37,385 nt of DNA from a virus. Its lineage: Duplodnaviria > Heunggongvirae > Uroviricota > Caudoviricetes. The notes under the pieces were generated by a model. It was not told where the DNA came from. It was given only the letters and a program-made list of their open reading frames with translations, and did no database searches. Both the position numbers and the translations under genes were made by a program. The stretch is from IMG/VR virus record IMGVR_UViG_2913123054_000004; one strand, written 5' to 3'. This document shows positions 9,498 to 18,718 of the stretch, piece after piece; the first letter of the stretch is position 1; each line of letters begins with the position of its first letter.

Positions 9498-9876
9498 GAA
9501 AATTCCTTTATTGTTGTTTGCTATTTGAATAAAAATACGCCAAACAGAGTGCTTGCTGTGAATATGGCAAGAATCGTTGTAAGTATCCCGCTAAGATGCC
9601 CCATTCTTTTTTGGAGGTCCTCTTGCATATGGATTATGTTGCCCGAAAACTAACTTCCGTTCCTCGCTCACAGCGGACTTTCATCTTTGTAAACCTGTAT
9701 GTTTCGTTTTTCAAGCGGTCATTCAGATACGGATTTTCACGACCCTCGGCAGTGCATGACTATGCCGCATGAATCCGCATGATCGTTTGGGGATCGTTTT
9801 TGCTGAGGCCCGCCAGAGCTGGCGTGCTTTTGCTTATGTCATGCAGGTGCATGAAAACCACTGCATAAAGCGGGCA

Positions 9877-9895
9877 GGCGTGGCGGGGATACGAG
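9877..9895. other. cos-like site (cohesive-end sequence of P2/186 type)
   Basis: GGCGTGGCGGGGA matches the first 13 nt of the 19-nt cohesive ends as I remember them (P2 GGCGAGGCGGGGAAAGCAC, 186 very similar). Lies in the 550-bp non-coding gap between gene A side and gene Q side. Confidence 0.45.
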
Positions 9896-9937
9896 CGCGC
9901 GTTAAGTCATATAAGAGTTATATATTGATTTGATTGC

Positions 9938-9966
9938 TGGACATACATACAGTGTCGCTCTATCAT
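9938..9966 (+). promoter_or_regulatory. Candidate sigma70 promoter for the kinase/HIRAN operon (TGGACA-N17-TATCAT)
   Basis: Hexamers with 17-bp spacing, ~80 bp upstream of the 10048 start codon. Confidence 0.3.
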
Positions 9967-10047
9967 CTAATAAATCTTAGGGTATTTGACAATGTTTGGA
10001 TAAAATGGAACCTAACTTATTCATAATCCGCTAAACAGGGATGTCAG

Positions 10048-10962
10048 ATGCCATACCAATTGGTAGAGCTTAGCCCCGTAGCTAACGATCTTGAACAGTT
10101 AGGAACCAAAGAGAAGTTTTGGTTCTATTTCTCCGATGACACTGTAAATTTGCAGTTGTTTAAGTACTCTAGGCCAGGTACTGGCGAGCATTGGTCTGAA
10201 AAGTGTGCTGCTGAGTTATGTCATTTGCTTAACATTCCACATGCTAGCTATGATTTGGCGCGATACAATGGTCGATTCGGTGTGGTGACTCAGAATATCA
10301 TTCCATCTGGTTTCCGGATGGTAATGGGAAATGAAGTGCTTCACAGTTCGACATTCGATTATCCTGGGCCTTTACAAGCCGGGGAAAAGCCGGTAAGGGT
10401 CAGAGAACACACTGTCACAAGGGTCTTGGGTTGTTTAGATAGGGAATCTATCAAGCCTCCTCCGAGTGTATATGATCTAACCGGGCTAAATGCAGCAGAT
10501 GTATTTTGTGGATATTTGATGCTCGATGCACTTGTGAGTAATCAAGATCGCCACCATGAAAATTGGGCAATCATGCTTAACAATGAAACTGGTGAGCAGT
10601 TTTTGTGTCCAACATACGATCATGCCGCTAGTTTAGGAAGGGAGATGTTAGATGATGAGCGTAACGAACGGCTTAATACTAAAGATAAAAATCGACAAAT
10701 CCCATGTTTTGTAAGAAAAGCTCGCTCTGAGCTATTCAAAGCAAAAACTGATAAAAAGCCCTTGCTGACTGTTGAAGCATTTCAACATGCAGTTGAAGGG
10801 AGAGTTGCCGCTCGCGACCATTGGTTAGGTAAGTTGAGCGTTTTAACAGAAGATTCCATTACAGATGTGTTTAACCAAGTGCCTTCATCGTGTATATCCG
10901 ACAGTGCACGTAGATTTGCAACGTTAATGGTAATGGAAAATCGCAGAAGGTTACTAGAATGA
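10048..10962 (+). CDS. HipA-family serine/threonine kinase, short form (core kinase domain only)
   Basis: 304 aa. P-loop-like LGTKEKFWF near the N-terminus, catalytic-loop motif DALVSNQDRHHENWAIM, metal-binding LCPTYDHAAS; same order as in HipA/HipT. RBS AGGGA upstream. Confidence 0.8.
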   Translation: MPYQLVELSPVANDLEQLGTKEKFWFYFSDDTVNLQLFKYSRPGTGEHWSEKCAAELCHLLNIPHASYDLARYNGRFGVVTQNIIPSGFRMVMGNEVLHSSTFDYPGPLQAGEKPVRVREHTVTRVLGCLDRESIKPPPSVYDLTGLNAADVFCGYLMLDALVSNQDRHHENWAIMLNNETGEQFLCPTYDHAASLGREMLDDERNERLNTKDKNRQIPCFVRKARSELFKAKTDKKPLLTVEAFQHAVEGRVAARDHWLGKLSVLTEDSITDVFNQVPSSCISDSARRFATLMVMENRRRLLE

Positions 10963-11699
10963 CTAATACAAACTCCGTTTACGTCGCATGGCAGGCACCA
11001 GATACCAGAGACTGGCATGTTGTTGGTAACTTGCAAGAGCGCAAATCGGGGTATGTTTTCAGGTATACCAAAGGTGCTCTTAAATCTTCTAAATTTACAA
11101 AGTTTAGCGGCATGAGTGATGTTCGTGAAACTTATGTATCGGAAGAATTGTTTCCTCTTTTTAAAAATCGCCTTTTATCACCGAGACGTCCAGAGTATCC
11201 GAGTTTCATTAAATGGCTTGGATTTGAAGAAGATAAGGTAAATCCTATCGATATTCTTGCTCGCTCGGGAGGCTTACGAAGCACTGATCAGCTGCAGATT
11301 TTCAAAAAAATTGATTTTGATTCTGATGGTAACTTTGAGCATTTTTTCTTCTTACATGGACTTGGTTACTTGAATAGCTTAGCTAATGCTCGTGTATCTG
11401 AATTGAAACCGGGGCAAATTTTGCGTCTTTGCTTGGATCTTCAAAATGAATACGATGGGGATGCTGTTGTCGTTCGTGCAGATAAACCAGCTGAAATCGT
11501 TGGTTACTGCCCTAGGTATTTAAGTAATGACATCAAGAAGATGTTATTGGATGATCCAAAATCAATCACTTTAACGGTCGAAAAGATTAGTGATGATGCT
11601 CCTCATAACTATCGGTTATTATGTAAATTATCAGGGGTACTAAGCCAAGCCTGTCAATCGACGCTGATTCCTCAAGATGAGTTTGAACCTATTGAGTAA
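10959..11699 (+). CDS. HipS-like (HipA N-terminal subdomain-like) protein with C-terminal HIRAN domain; putative partner/antitoxin of the kinase
   Basis: 246 aa. Start overlaps kinase stop (ATGA). N-terminal half shows HipA N-subdomain-like patterns (EELFPLFKNRLLSPRRP, PIDILARSGGLRSTD). C-terminal ~90 aa has HIRAN hallmarks (LQNEYDGDAVVV...EIVGYCPRYL). Confidence 0.75.
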   Translation: MTNTNSVYVAWQAPDTRDWHVVGNLQERKSGYVFRYTKGALKSSKFTKFSGMSDVRETYVSEELFPLFKNRLLSPRRPEYPSFIKWLGFEEDKVNPIDILARSGGLRSTDQLQIFKKIDFDSDGNFEHFFFLHGLGYLNSLANARVSELKPGQILRLCLDLQNEYDGDAVVVRADKPAEIVGYCPRYLSNDIKKMLLDDPKSITLTVEKISDDAPHNYRLLCKLSGVLSQACQSTLIPQDEFEPIE

Positions 11700-11705
11700 A
11701 TGAAG

Positions 11706-11729
11706 AAAAGCCACCAAACGGTGGCTTTT
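11706..11729. terminator. Bidirectional intrinsic terminator hairpin between the HIRAN gene and portal gene Q
   Basis: Perfect stem AAAAGCCACC / GGTGGCTTTT with 4-nt loop AAAC, T-run on the plus strand and A-run on the other side. Confidence 0.6.
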
Positions 11730-11733
11730 CTTA

Positions 11734-12771
11734 TTATGGGGCTATATCTAGCGAGTAGGTATCAAACCGTATCGCCTCCTTGCCAAGCCAATCATTCATC
11801 TCCTGTAATCGCTTTTGTAGTGGCATTAGCTCATTTCGGACGAATACACGGCTTGCCTTCTCCACATCCCCAAACCCCCCGACATTATTAGGCATAATCC
11901 CCATCATCTGAGGCGGTACGCGGTGCGCAGCCATCATGTCATCACGGCTGACGTTCTTGATGTTCAGAAATTCATCCTTCGCTGCGACTTCTGACAATGG
12001 GATAATCTGAAGTCCGTCTTTTTTACCATTAGGCGAGTACATAAACAGATTGCGGAAGTTACCCGGACCTTTGGCGCTTTTCATTGCGTTGCGGAGGTTG
12101 TTCACATCCTCCTGGTTCTGCGCAGCATCGGTCATGTACATGATGAAGCCTGCATGACTGCCGTTAATGTAATACCTGCGGCGGAACAGCGTGGCGGACT
12201 CGTTGAGCAGAGCTGACGGAATGGCAGAAAGATAACCGGGCAGGCCGTAGATCTCCTGGTTAATGTCCGGTTCCATCAGATGAAAAATGCTGCCTTTCGT
12301 GAACTGATACGGCTGGGTTGTCATACCGTATTGCACAAACCAGTAGGTATCCAGGTCTAACCCACGTCGGGTGTATTTCGCCAGGGCAGGTTCAAGGGCG
12401 ATAACTTCACCGAAGCGGTTCGTACGTTTCTCCAGGTAGGCGTTACCAAATACCAGATAGTCTTGCACAAAACGTGAAAAAGCCTGCTGGCTGAGTAGCG
12501 GGTGAGGGATGTAGGTACTGGTCAGAATGTTGCATTTCACCGCAATTGGTGAACTGTGATGCACGGCAGCGCGGAAGGTGCGCGCCAGTCCGTCAAAGCT
12601 TACTGGCGGTTCATACCAGCGATCTGTCTGTACGCATTCCACATAGTCCAGCAGTTCACGGCGGTCCAGAACAGGAACGGGATCGCCAAAGCTGAATGTT
12701 TCGGCTGAAGTCTGGCTTTTATGCTGAATCTGGGTCGTCGACGCAGTGCGGCTCTTCTTACTCTTTCCCAT
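11734..12771 (-). CDS. Q: Portal protein (P2 gpQ-like)
   Basis: 345 aa; size, position and divergent Q-P / O-N arrangement as in P2. Confidence 0.9.
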   Translation of the reverse strand: MGKSKKSRTASTTQIQHKSQTSAETFSFGDPVPVLDRRELLDYVECVQTDRWYEPPVSFDGLARTFRAAVHHSSPIAVKCNILTSTYIPHPLLSQQAFSRFVQDYLVFGNAYLEKRTNRFGEVIALEPALAKYTRRGLDLDTYWFVQYGMTTQPYQFTKGSIFHLMEPDINQEIYGLPGYLSAIPSALLNESATLFRRRYYINGSHAGFIMYMTDAAQNQEDVNNLRNAMKSAKGPGNFRNLFMYSPNGKKDGLQIIPLSEVAAKDEFLNIKNVSRDDMMAAHRVPPQMMGIMPNNVGGFGDVEKASRVFVRNELMPLQKRLQEMNDWLGKEAIRFDTYSLDIAP

Positions 12772-14537
12772 TAAAAAATCTCCACAATATTGCTGGTATT
12801 GGCGGACTCGCCCTGCAGCGGTTCGTTAAAGAGTGCGTGCATTGTTGCCCAAGCCAGATCGGCATGGCTGGCTTCTTCGCTGCGGCTGGCTTCATAAGTC
12901 GGGCGGTTGCCGCTGGCGGTGGTGGCGCGGCGGATTGCCATGAATGACTGCGCAATGTCGGTGTGCCCGGCGTCAAACTCCAGACGGCGGTGGCTGATAA
13001 TGTCGTAGGCCTTGAGTACCAGGGCGTTTTTAACGTTGGGGTTGTAGACAAACTCCCGGACGGCAGGAAAAAACGCTTTTACGTTCTCGTAAACCCCGTG
13101 ACCGACGCCGGTTGAGTCGATACCGATGTATGTCACGTTGTACTGTTCAGTCAGTTTTTTGATGGCGTCAGCCTGGGCGCGGAAGTCCATCCCGCGCCAC
13201 TGGTGACGCTCAAGAATGCGGAACTTACCGCCTGGCACGGCTGGCGGAGCCACCACCACGCATCCGGCGCTGTCGCCGTTCTGCGTACCTTTTGCCGGGT
13301 CATAACCGATCCACACTTCGCGCCAGCCAAACGGGCGCAGGGCCAGTGCATGAAAGTCAGTCCAGACTTCCCAGCTGTCCACCATGCACGCCTGCAGCTC
13401 GCTGAGCGGGAACACGGACGCGAGATCGTCCACGAACTCACACATCAGCAGGTTCTGGTATTCGTCCGGGCTGTACTCCATGCGTAGCTGGTCTAGGTCG
13501 AACAGGTTACAGCCGCCGCGCACCGCATCTTCCACGGTGACTATCTGGCGGTATTGCCCGTCTGCGCACAGCAGGCCGGGGGCCAGATTGCTGTGGGACA
13601 GGTCAATGTCCACCTTGTCGGCTTTGTTGCGTCCACGGTTGAACAGCGCACCGGACCAGAACGGATAAGCACTGTGTGTCAGGCTGGAAGGCGTGGAAAA
13701 ATAGGTTTGTCGCCATTTTTTGTGAATAGCCATACCGGAAGCCACTTTGCGCAGCTCCTGGAATTTCGGTATCCAGAAATATTCATCCAGATACAGGTTG
13801 CCGTGATAACTCTGGGCAGTGCGGGCATTGGTGCCGAGGAAGTAAAGCGTGGCCCCGTTAGGAAGCACCATCGGATCGCCTTTCAGCTCCACCTCCACTT
13901 CTTTGGCGAAGTCGATGATGTACTGCTTAAAGACGTGGGCCTGTGCCTTGCTGGCGGAAAGAAAAATCTGGTTACGTCCGGTAAGCAGAGCGTCAATCAG
14001 GGCTTCACGGGCAAAGTAAAAGGTCGCGCCGATCTGGCGTGACTTCAGCAGGTTGCGGATGCGGTTGGTTTTTCCGGCTTCCCACCAGTGGCGCTGGTAG
14101 TTGAACATGGAGGAATGGAAGATTTCTTCCAGCTTCTCAATCTGTTCATCGGTGAAAACATTCTTTTCCGGCTGACGGCGCGGGCCTTTGTTGCGGTTGG
14201 CGACGTTTGGGTTTAAGTCGGCTTCGTTGCCGCCATTGTTAAACTTGCCGATCCGCGCGTGGCGCTCCGACTGGCGCGCCAGCAGGTCAATCTCTTTGAA
14301 ATCTTTCCCTTCTTTGTGCTCCTTCATGATGAGCTGACAGTAGCGTGCGGCGGTGGTGAGCTGCATTTGATCCAGCGGCCCATAGTCACCCCACTTGTCG
14401 CGTTTTTTCCAGCTGTGAACGGTTGCAACTTTCTCGCCCAGCATTTCAGCAATGCGGGCTACGCGGTATCCCTGAAAGTACAGCAGCATGGCCTGCCGAC
14501 GGGGATCGAGATCTGCGGGTGTCAGTGTGGTGTTCAT
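12771..14537 (-). CDS. P: Terminase large (ATPase) subunit (P2 gpP-like)
   Basis: 588 aa upstream of Q on the same strand. Confidence 0.9.
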   Translation of the reverse strand: MNTTLTPADLDPRRQAMLLYFQGYRVARIAEMLGEKVATVHSWKKRDKWGDYGPLDQMQLTTAARYCQLIMKEHKEGKDFKEIDLLARQSERHARIGKFNNGGNEADLNPNVANRNKGPRRQPEKNVFTDEQIEKLEEIFHSSMFNYQRHWWEAGKTNRIRNLLKSRQIGATFYFAREALIDALLTGRNQIFLSASKAQAHVFKQYIIDFAKEVEVELKGDPMVLPNGATLYFLGTNARTAQSYHGNLYLDEYFWIPKFQELRKVASGMAIHKKWRQTYFSTPSSLTHSAYPFWSGALFNRGRNKADKVDIDLSHSNLAPGLLCADGQYRQIVTVEDAVRGGCNLFDLDQLRMEYSPDEYQNLLMCEFVDDLASVFPLSELQACMVDSWEVWTDFHALALRPFGWREVWIGYDPAKGTQNGDSAGCVVVAPPAVPGGKFRILERHQWRGMDFRAQADAIKKLTEQYNVTYIGIDSTGVGHGVYENVKAFFPAVREFVYNPNVKNALVLKAYDIISHRRLEFDAGHTDIAQSFMAIRRATTASGNRPTYEASRSEEASHADLAWATMHALFNEPLQGESANTSNIVEIF

Positions 14538-14583
14538 GGCACAAACCTACAGCCTTGAATGAAGGCTTTCCCCGCCTGCGGTT

Positions 14584-14601
14584 TGTGTGGTTGTCGGTAC
14601 A
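14584..14601. promoter_or_regulatory. Ogr-type late-promoter activator site (TGT-N12-ACA) in the P/O divergent region
   Basis: TGTGTGGTTGTCGGTACA, centred ~87 bp upstream of the O start codon; the same TGTGTG...GTACA form recurs upstream of V and FI. Confidence 0.5.
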
Positions 14602-14679
14602 AATACCGCGCATTGTTTCACTGCCCCCATCACCGCAACCATAAGGCTCCAGTAAGTTTTTTCTAACGGAGCACGGCTC

Positions 14680-15513
14680 ATGACAGTGAAAGCAAAGCGT
14701 TTTCGCATCGGGGTGGAAGGTGCCACCACCGACGGACGCGAAATCCAGCGTGAATGGCTGGAACAGATGGCAGCCAGCTACAACCCGGCGGTGTATACCG
14801 CGCTGATTAACCTTGAGCACATCAAGTCTTATCTGCCGGACAGCACCTTTAACCGCTACGGCAAGGTGACGGCGCTGTTTGCTGAAGAAATCACGGAAGG
14901 TCCGTTGGCAGGCAAGATGGCGCTGTATGCCGACGTTGAGCCAACGGAATCCCTGGTGGAACTGGTGAAAAAAGGCCAGAAATTATTCACCTCTATGGAA
15001 GTCAGCCCGAAGTTTGCTGATACGGGCAAAGCCTACCTGGTCGGCCTGGCTGCCACTGATGACCCTGCCAGTCTGGGCACTGAAATGCTGACATTCAGCG
15101 CCAGTGCAGCCCATAACCCACTGGCAAACCGCAAGCAGAATCCTGCCAATCTCTTTACCGCTGCAGAGGAAACGGTGATCGAACTGGAAGAAATCCAGGA
15201 CGACAAACCGTCCCTGTTTGCCCGTGTCACGGCGCTGTTTACCAAAAAAGAGCAGTCCGATGACGCCCGGTTCTCTGATGTGCATAAGGCCGTGGAGCTG
15301 GTCGCCACTGAGCAGCAGAACCTGAGCGCACGCACCGAAAAATCCCTGTCTGAGCAGGAAGAACGCCTGTCTGAGCTGGAGACTGCCCTGCAGGCGCAGC
15401 AAACCGCCTTTAACGAACTGGTGGACAAGCTGAGTCATGAAGACAGCCGCCAGGACTACCGCCAGCGTGCAACAGGCGGTAACGCCCCCGCTGACACTCT
15501 GACCAATTGCTGA
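14680..15513 (+). CDS. O: Capsid scaffolding protein (P2 gpO-like)
   Basis: 277 aa; position and Ala/Glu-rich coiled-coil C-terminus typical of gpO. Confidence 0.85.
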   Translation: MTVKAKRFRIGVEGATTDGREIQREWLEQMAASYNPAVYTALINLEHIKSYLPDSTFNRYGKVTALFAEEITEGPLAGKMALYADVEPTESLVELVKKGQKLFTSMEVSPKFADTGKAYLVGLAATDDPASLGTEMLTFSASAAHNPLANRKQNPANLFTAAEETVIELEEIQDDKPSLFARVTALFTKKEQSDDARFSDVHKAVELVATEQQNLSARTEKSLSEQEERLSELETALQAQQTAFNELVDKLSHEDSRQDYRQRATGGNAPADTLTNC

Positions 15514-15529
15514 TGGAGCACAAAACCCG

Positions 15530-16588
15530 ATGAAGAAGAATACCCGCTTTGCTTTTAACGCTTACCTGCAGCAGCTGGCGTGTCTGAACGGTGTGGCAGT
15601 TGAAGAACTGTCCAGCAAGTTCACCGTGGAACCGTCTGTGCAGCAGACGCTGGAAGACCAGATCCAGCAGTCCGCCGCTTTCCTGACGCTGATTAACGTC
15701 ACGCCAGTGACTGAGCAGTCCGGTCAGCTGCTGGGGCTGGGTGTTGGCAGCACCATTGCCGGAACCACTGACACCACCGCGAAAGAGCGTGAACCTGTCG
15801 ATCCGACGCTGATGGTCGATGTGGAATATAAATGCGAGCAGACCAACTTTGACACGGTGCTGACCTACGCGAAGCTGGACCTGTGGGCGAAGTTTCAGGA
15901 TTTCCAGGTGCGTATCCGTGACGCCATCGTGAAACGTCAGGCACTGGACCGCATCATGATCGGCTTTAACGGCGTGAAGCGTGCGAAAACCTCCAACCGT
16001 AGCGAAAACCCGCTGTTGCAGGATGTGAATAAAGGCTGGCTGCAGAAAATCCGTGAGGATGCACCGGATCACGTCATGGGCAGCACCACCACGGGCGGTG
16101 AAACCACACCGGGCGCGGTGAAAGTCGGCAAAGGTGGCGAATATGCCAACCTGGACGCCGTAGTGATGGATGCCGTTAATGAGCTTATCGACGTGGTCTA
16201 CCAGGACGATGACGATCTGGTGGTGATTTGCGGTCGTGAACTGCTGTCTGACAAGTATTTCCCGCTGGTCAACAAAGAGCAGGAAAACAGTGAAAAACTG
16301 GCTGCCGATATGATCATCAGTCAGAAACGCATGGGTGGCCTGCAGGCCGTGCGTGCGCCGTTCTTCCCGCCGAATGCGCTGCTGATCACCCGTCTGGATA
16401 ACCTGTCCATCTACTGGCAGGAAGACACCCGCCGCCGTTCAGTTATCGACAACCCGAAACGTGACCGGATTGAAAATTTTGAATCCGTTAACGAAGCCTA
16501 TGTGGTTGAGGACTACCGCTGCGCTGCACTGGTGGAAAACATCCAGATTGGCGACTTCAGCGCCGCCGCAGCAGAAGCCGGAGCGTAA
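15530..16588 (+). CDS. N: Major capsid protein (P2 gpN-like)
   Basis: 352 aa; strong match to remembered gpN (TRFAFNAYLQQ, KFTVEPSVQQTL, LAADMIISQKR). Confidence 0.9.
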   Translation: MKKNTRFAFNAYLQQLACLNGVAVEELSSKFTVEPSVQQTLEDQIQQSAAFLTLINVTPVTEQSGQLLGLGVGSTIAGTTDTTAKEREPVDPTLMVDVEYKCEQTNFDTVLTYAKLDLWAKFQDFQVRIRDAIVKRQALDRIMIGFNGVKRAKTSNRSENPLLQDVNKGWLQKIREDAPDHVMGSTTTGGETTPGAVKVGKGGEYANLDAVVMDAVNELIDVVYQDDDDLVVICGRELLSDKYFPLVNKEQENSEKLAADMIISQKRMGGLQAVRAPFFPPNALLITRLDNLSIYWQEDTRRRSVIDNPKRDRIENFESVNEAYVVEDYRCAALVENIQIGDFSAAAAEAGA

Positions 16589-16591
16589 CCC

Positions 16592-17242
16592 ATGAGCCTG
16601 AGTCCCGCACGGCAGCATCGCCTGCGCGTTCAGGCTGAACAGGCCGCCCGCGAGGGCGGCAGCGTTCGCCACGCGTCGGGCTATGACCTGATGCTGCTGC
16701 AACTGGCGGAAGACCGCCGCCGTCTCAAGGGCGTTCAGTCCACGGTGAAAAAAGCGGAAATAAAGGTGGAGCTGCTGCCGAAATATGCCGCCTGGGCGGA
16801 GGGCGTCCTGGCTGCCGGAGGCGCTCAACAGGATGACGTGCTGATGTACGTGATGCTGTGGCGCATTGATGCCGGAGATTATGCCGGGGCGCTGGAGATC
16901 GGGCGTCATGCCCTGCGTCATGGCTGGGTGATGCCGCTGGGTAACCGCAACGTGCAGACCGTGCTGGCAGAGGAAATGGCAGATGCAGCGCAGAGCGCAA
17001 TGCTTGCCGCCACCGGCTTTGATGCCGATCTGTTGCTGCAGACGCTGGAGCTGACAGACGGTCTGGATATGCCGGACCAGTCACGGGCGCGTCTGCATAA
17101 AGCGATTGGCGCTGTCCTGAGTGAAAGCAATCCGGCTTCCGCCCTTAATCATCTCAACCATGCGTTACAGCTCGATCCCCGCTGTGGCGTGAAAAAAGAC
17201 AAACAGCAGCTGGAGCGCAGACTGCGCAATGACAGCCGCTGA
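16592..17242 (+). CDS. M: Terminase small/endonuclease subunit (P2 gpM-like)
   Basis: 216 aa directly after N. Confidence 0.85.
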   Translation: MSLSPARQHRLRVQAEQAAREGGSVRHASGYDLMLLQLAEDRRRLKGVQSTVKKAEIKVELLPKYAAWAEGVLAAGGAQQDDVLMYVMLWRIDAGDYAGALEIGRHALRHGWVMPLGNRNVQTVLAEEMADAAQSAMLAATGFDADLLLQTLELTDGLDMPDQSRARLHKAIGAVLSESNPASALNHLNHALQLDPRCGVKKDKQQLERRLRNDSR

Positions 17243-17337
17243 CAGAACGTGCCCCCGCGCACGGGCGGCACGGGGTGGCGAAAGGCACTGCCACATCAAA
17301 ACCCCGTCCACCGCCCTCTATTTCAGGAGAAAGCAGC

Positions 17338-17802
17338 ATGAAGTTTGTTGCGCCAGAACAGGCACCGGAACAGGCGGAAATCATCAGGAATACGCCGTTC
17401 TGGCCTGATGTGGACTTGTCGGAGTTTCGCAGTGTCATGCGCACTGACGGCACGGTGACGCAGCCGCGTTTAAAGCAGGTTGCGCTGTCGGCAATTTCGG
17501 AGGTCAACGCAGAGCTGTATGAGTTTCGCAGACGCCAGCAGATGCTGGGGTATGCCTCGCTGGCAGAGGTTCCGGCAGAACAGCTGGACGGCAAAAGTGA
17601 GCGTATTCAGCACTATTTCAACGCGGTTTACTGCTGGGCACGCGCCATGCTCAACGAACGTTACCAGGACTATGACGCCACGGCATCCGGTGTGAAGCGA
17701 GGCGAGGAACTGGCGGAAGCCAGCGGTGATTTGTGGCGTGACGCCCGCTGGGCCATCAGCCGGGTGCAGGACGCGCCGCACTGCACAGTGGAGCTTATCT
17801 GA
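17338..17802 (+). CDS. L: Head completion/stabilisation protein (P2 gpL-like)
   Basis: ATG at 17338 preceded by AGGAGA; the ORF track starts further upstream at 17275. Confidence 0.8.
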   Translation: MKFVAPEQAPEQAEIIRNTPFWPDVDLSEFRSVMRTDGTVTQPRLKQVALSAISEVNAELYEFRRRQQMLGYASLAEVPAEQLDGKSERIQHYFNAVYCWARAMLNERYQDYDATASGVKRGEELAEASGDLWRDARWAISRVQDAPHCTVELI

Positions 17803-18005
17803 TGAAAGTGCGAGCGCATCAGTATGACACGGTGGATGCACTTTGCTGGCGTCATTACGGGCGCACGCAGGGTGTCACGGAGCAGGTACTGAAGGCAAAT
17901 CCGGGGCTTGCCGAATACGGCCCCTTTTTACCTCACGGACTGCAGGTGGAGCTGCCGGACATTCCGACAACCACCACCGTGCAGACCGTCCAGCTATGGG
18001 ACTGA
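17802..18005 (+). CDS. X: Tail protein X (P2 gpX-like)
   Basis: 67 aa in the expected position between L and the lysis genes. Confidence 0.8.
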   Translation: MKVRAHQYDTVDALCWRHYGRTQGVTEQVLKANPGLAEYGPFLPHGLQVELPDIPTTTTVQTVQLWD

Positions 18006-18008
18006 ATT

Positions 18009-18224
18009 ATGACGCTTGAGCGAATCAGCGCCTTTATCACGTACTGCATCGCCGTTGTGCTGGCCTGGCTGGGCGATTTGTCCATCAAGGATGCCTCAAC
18101 GCTGGGCGGCCTGATGATTGGTGTGCTGATGCTGGCTATCAACTGGTACTACAAACACAAAGCCTACCAGCTTCTGTGCGACGGGCAGATCTCGCGGGAG
18201 GACTATGAATCCATCAATCGTTAA
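18009..18224 (+). CDS. Holin
   Basis: 71 aa with two hydrophobic helices and a charged C-terminus, immediately upstream of the endolysin. Confidence 0.65.
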   Translation: MTLERISAFITYCIAVVLAWLGDLSIKDASTLGGLMIGVLMLAINWYYKHKAYQLLCDGQISREDYESINR

Positions 18225-18717
18225 ACGCTGTCTTGTCGGGGCCGTGCTGGCTATTGCTGCCACGCTGCCGGGTTTTCAGCAGCTTCACACCTCCGTGGAG
18301 GGGGTGAAACTGATTGCCGATTACGAAGGCTGTCGTCTGCAGCCGTATCAGTGCAGCGCGGGTGTCTGGACCGACGGCATTGGTAATACATCAGGTGTCA
18401 TTCCAGGAAAAACCATTACGGAACGACAGGCAGCGGAAGGGCTGATCTCCAACGTGCTACGTGTGGAGCGGGCGCTGGAAAGGTGTGTGAAGCAACAGCC
18501 GCCGCAAAAGGTGTATGACTCGGTGGTGTCGTTTGCCTTCAACGTGGGAACGGGCAATGCCTGCAGTTCCACGCTGGTGAAATTGCTCAACCAGCGGCGC
18601 TGGGCGGATGCGTGCCGACAGTTGCCGCGCTGGGTGTATGTAAAAGGTGTGTTTAATCAGGGGCTGGATAACCGCCGTGCGCGGGAGATGGCCTGGTGTT
18701 TACAGGGAGCAAACTGA
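18205..18717 (+). CDS. Endolysin (lysozyme-like), probably with N-terminal signal-anchor
   Basis: 170 aa; hydrophobic N-terminus (LVGAVLAIAATLPG) and lysozyme-like core (GVWTDGIGNT). Confidence 0.85.
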   Translation: MNPSIVKRCLVGAVLAIAATLPGFQQLHTSVEGVKLIADYEGCRLQPYQCSAGVWTDGIGNTSGVIPGKTITERQAAEGLISNVLRVERALERCVKQQPPQKVYDSVVSFAFNVGTGNACSSTLVKLLNQRRWADACRQLPRWVYVKGVFNQGLDNRRAREMAWCLQGAN

Positions 18718-18718
18718 A

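Noticed and set aside
9985-10006. TTGACA and TAAAAT hexamers upstream of the kinase gene
   Set aside because: Spacing between them is only ~9 bp, so they cannot form one sigma70 promoter; TGGACA-N17-TATCAT at 9938-9966 is the better candidate.
11700-11891. 63-aa plus-strand ORF after the HIRAN gene
   Set aside because: Begins inside the terminator hairpin and runs antisense into the portal gene 3' end; not a plausible gene.
15410-16072. 220-aa minus-strand ORF overlapping the major capsid gene
   Set aside because: Antisense to the best-conserved structural gene in the window; composition artefact.
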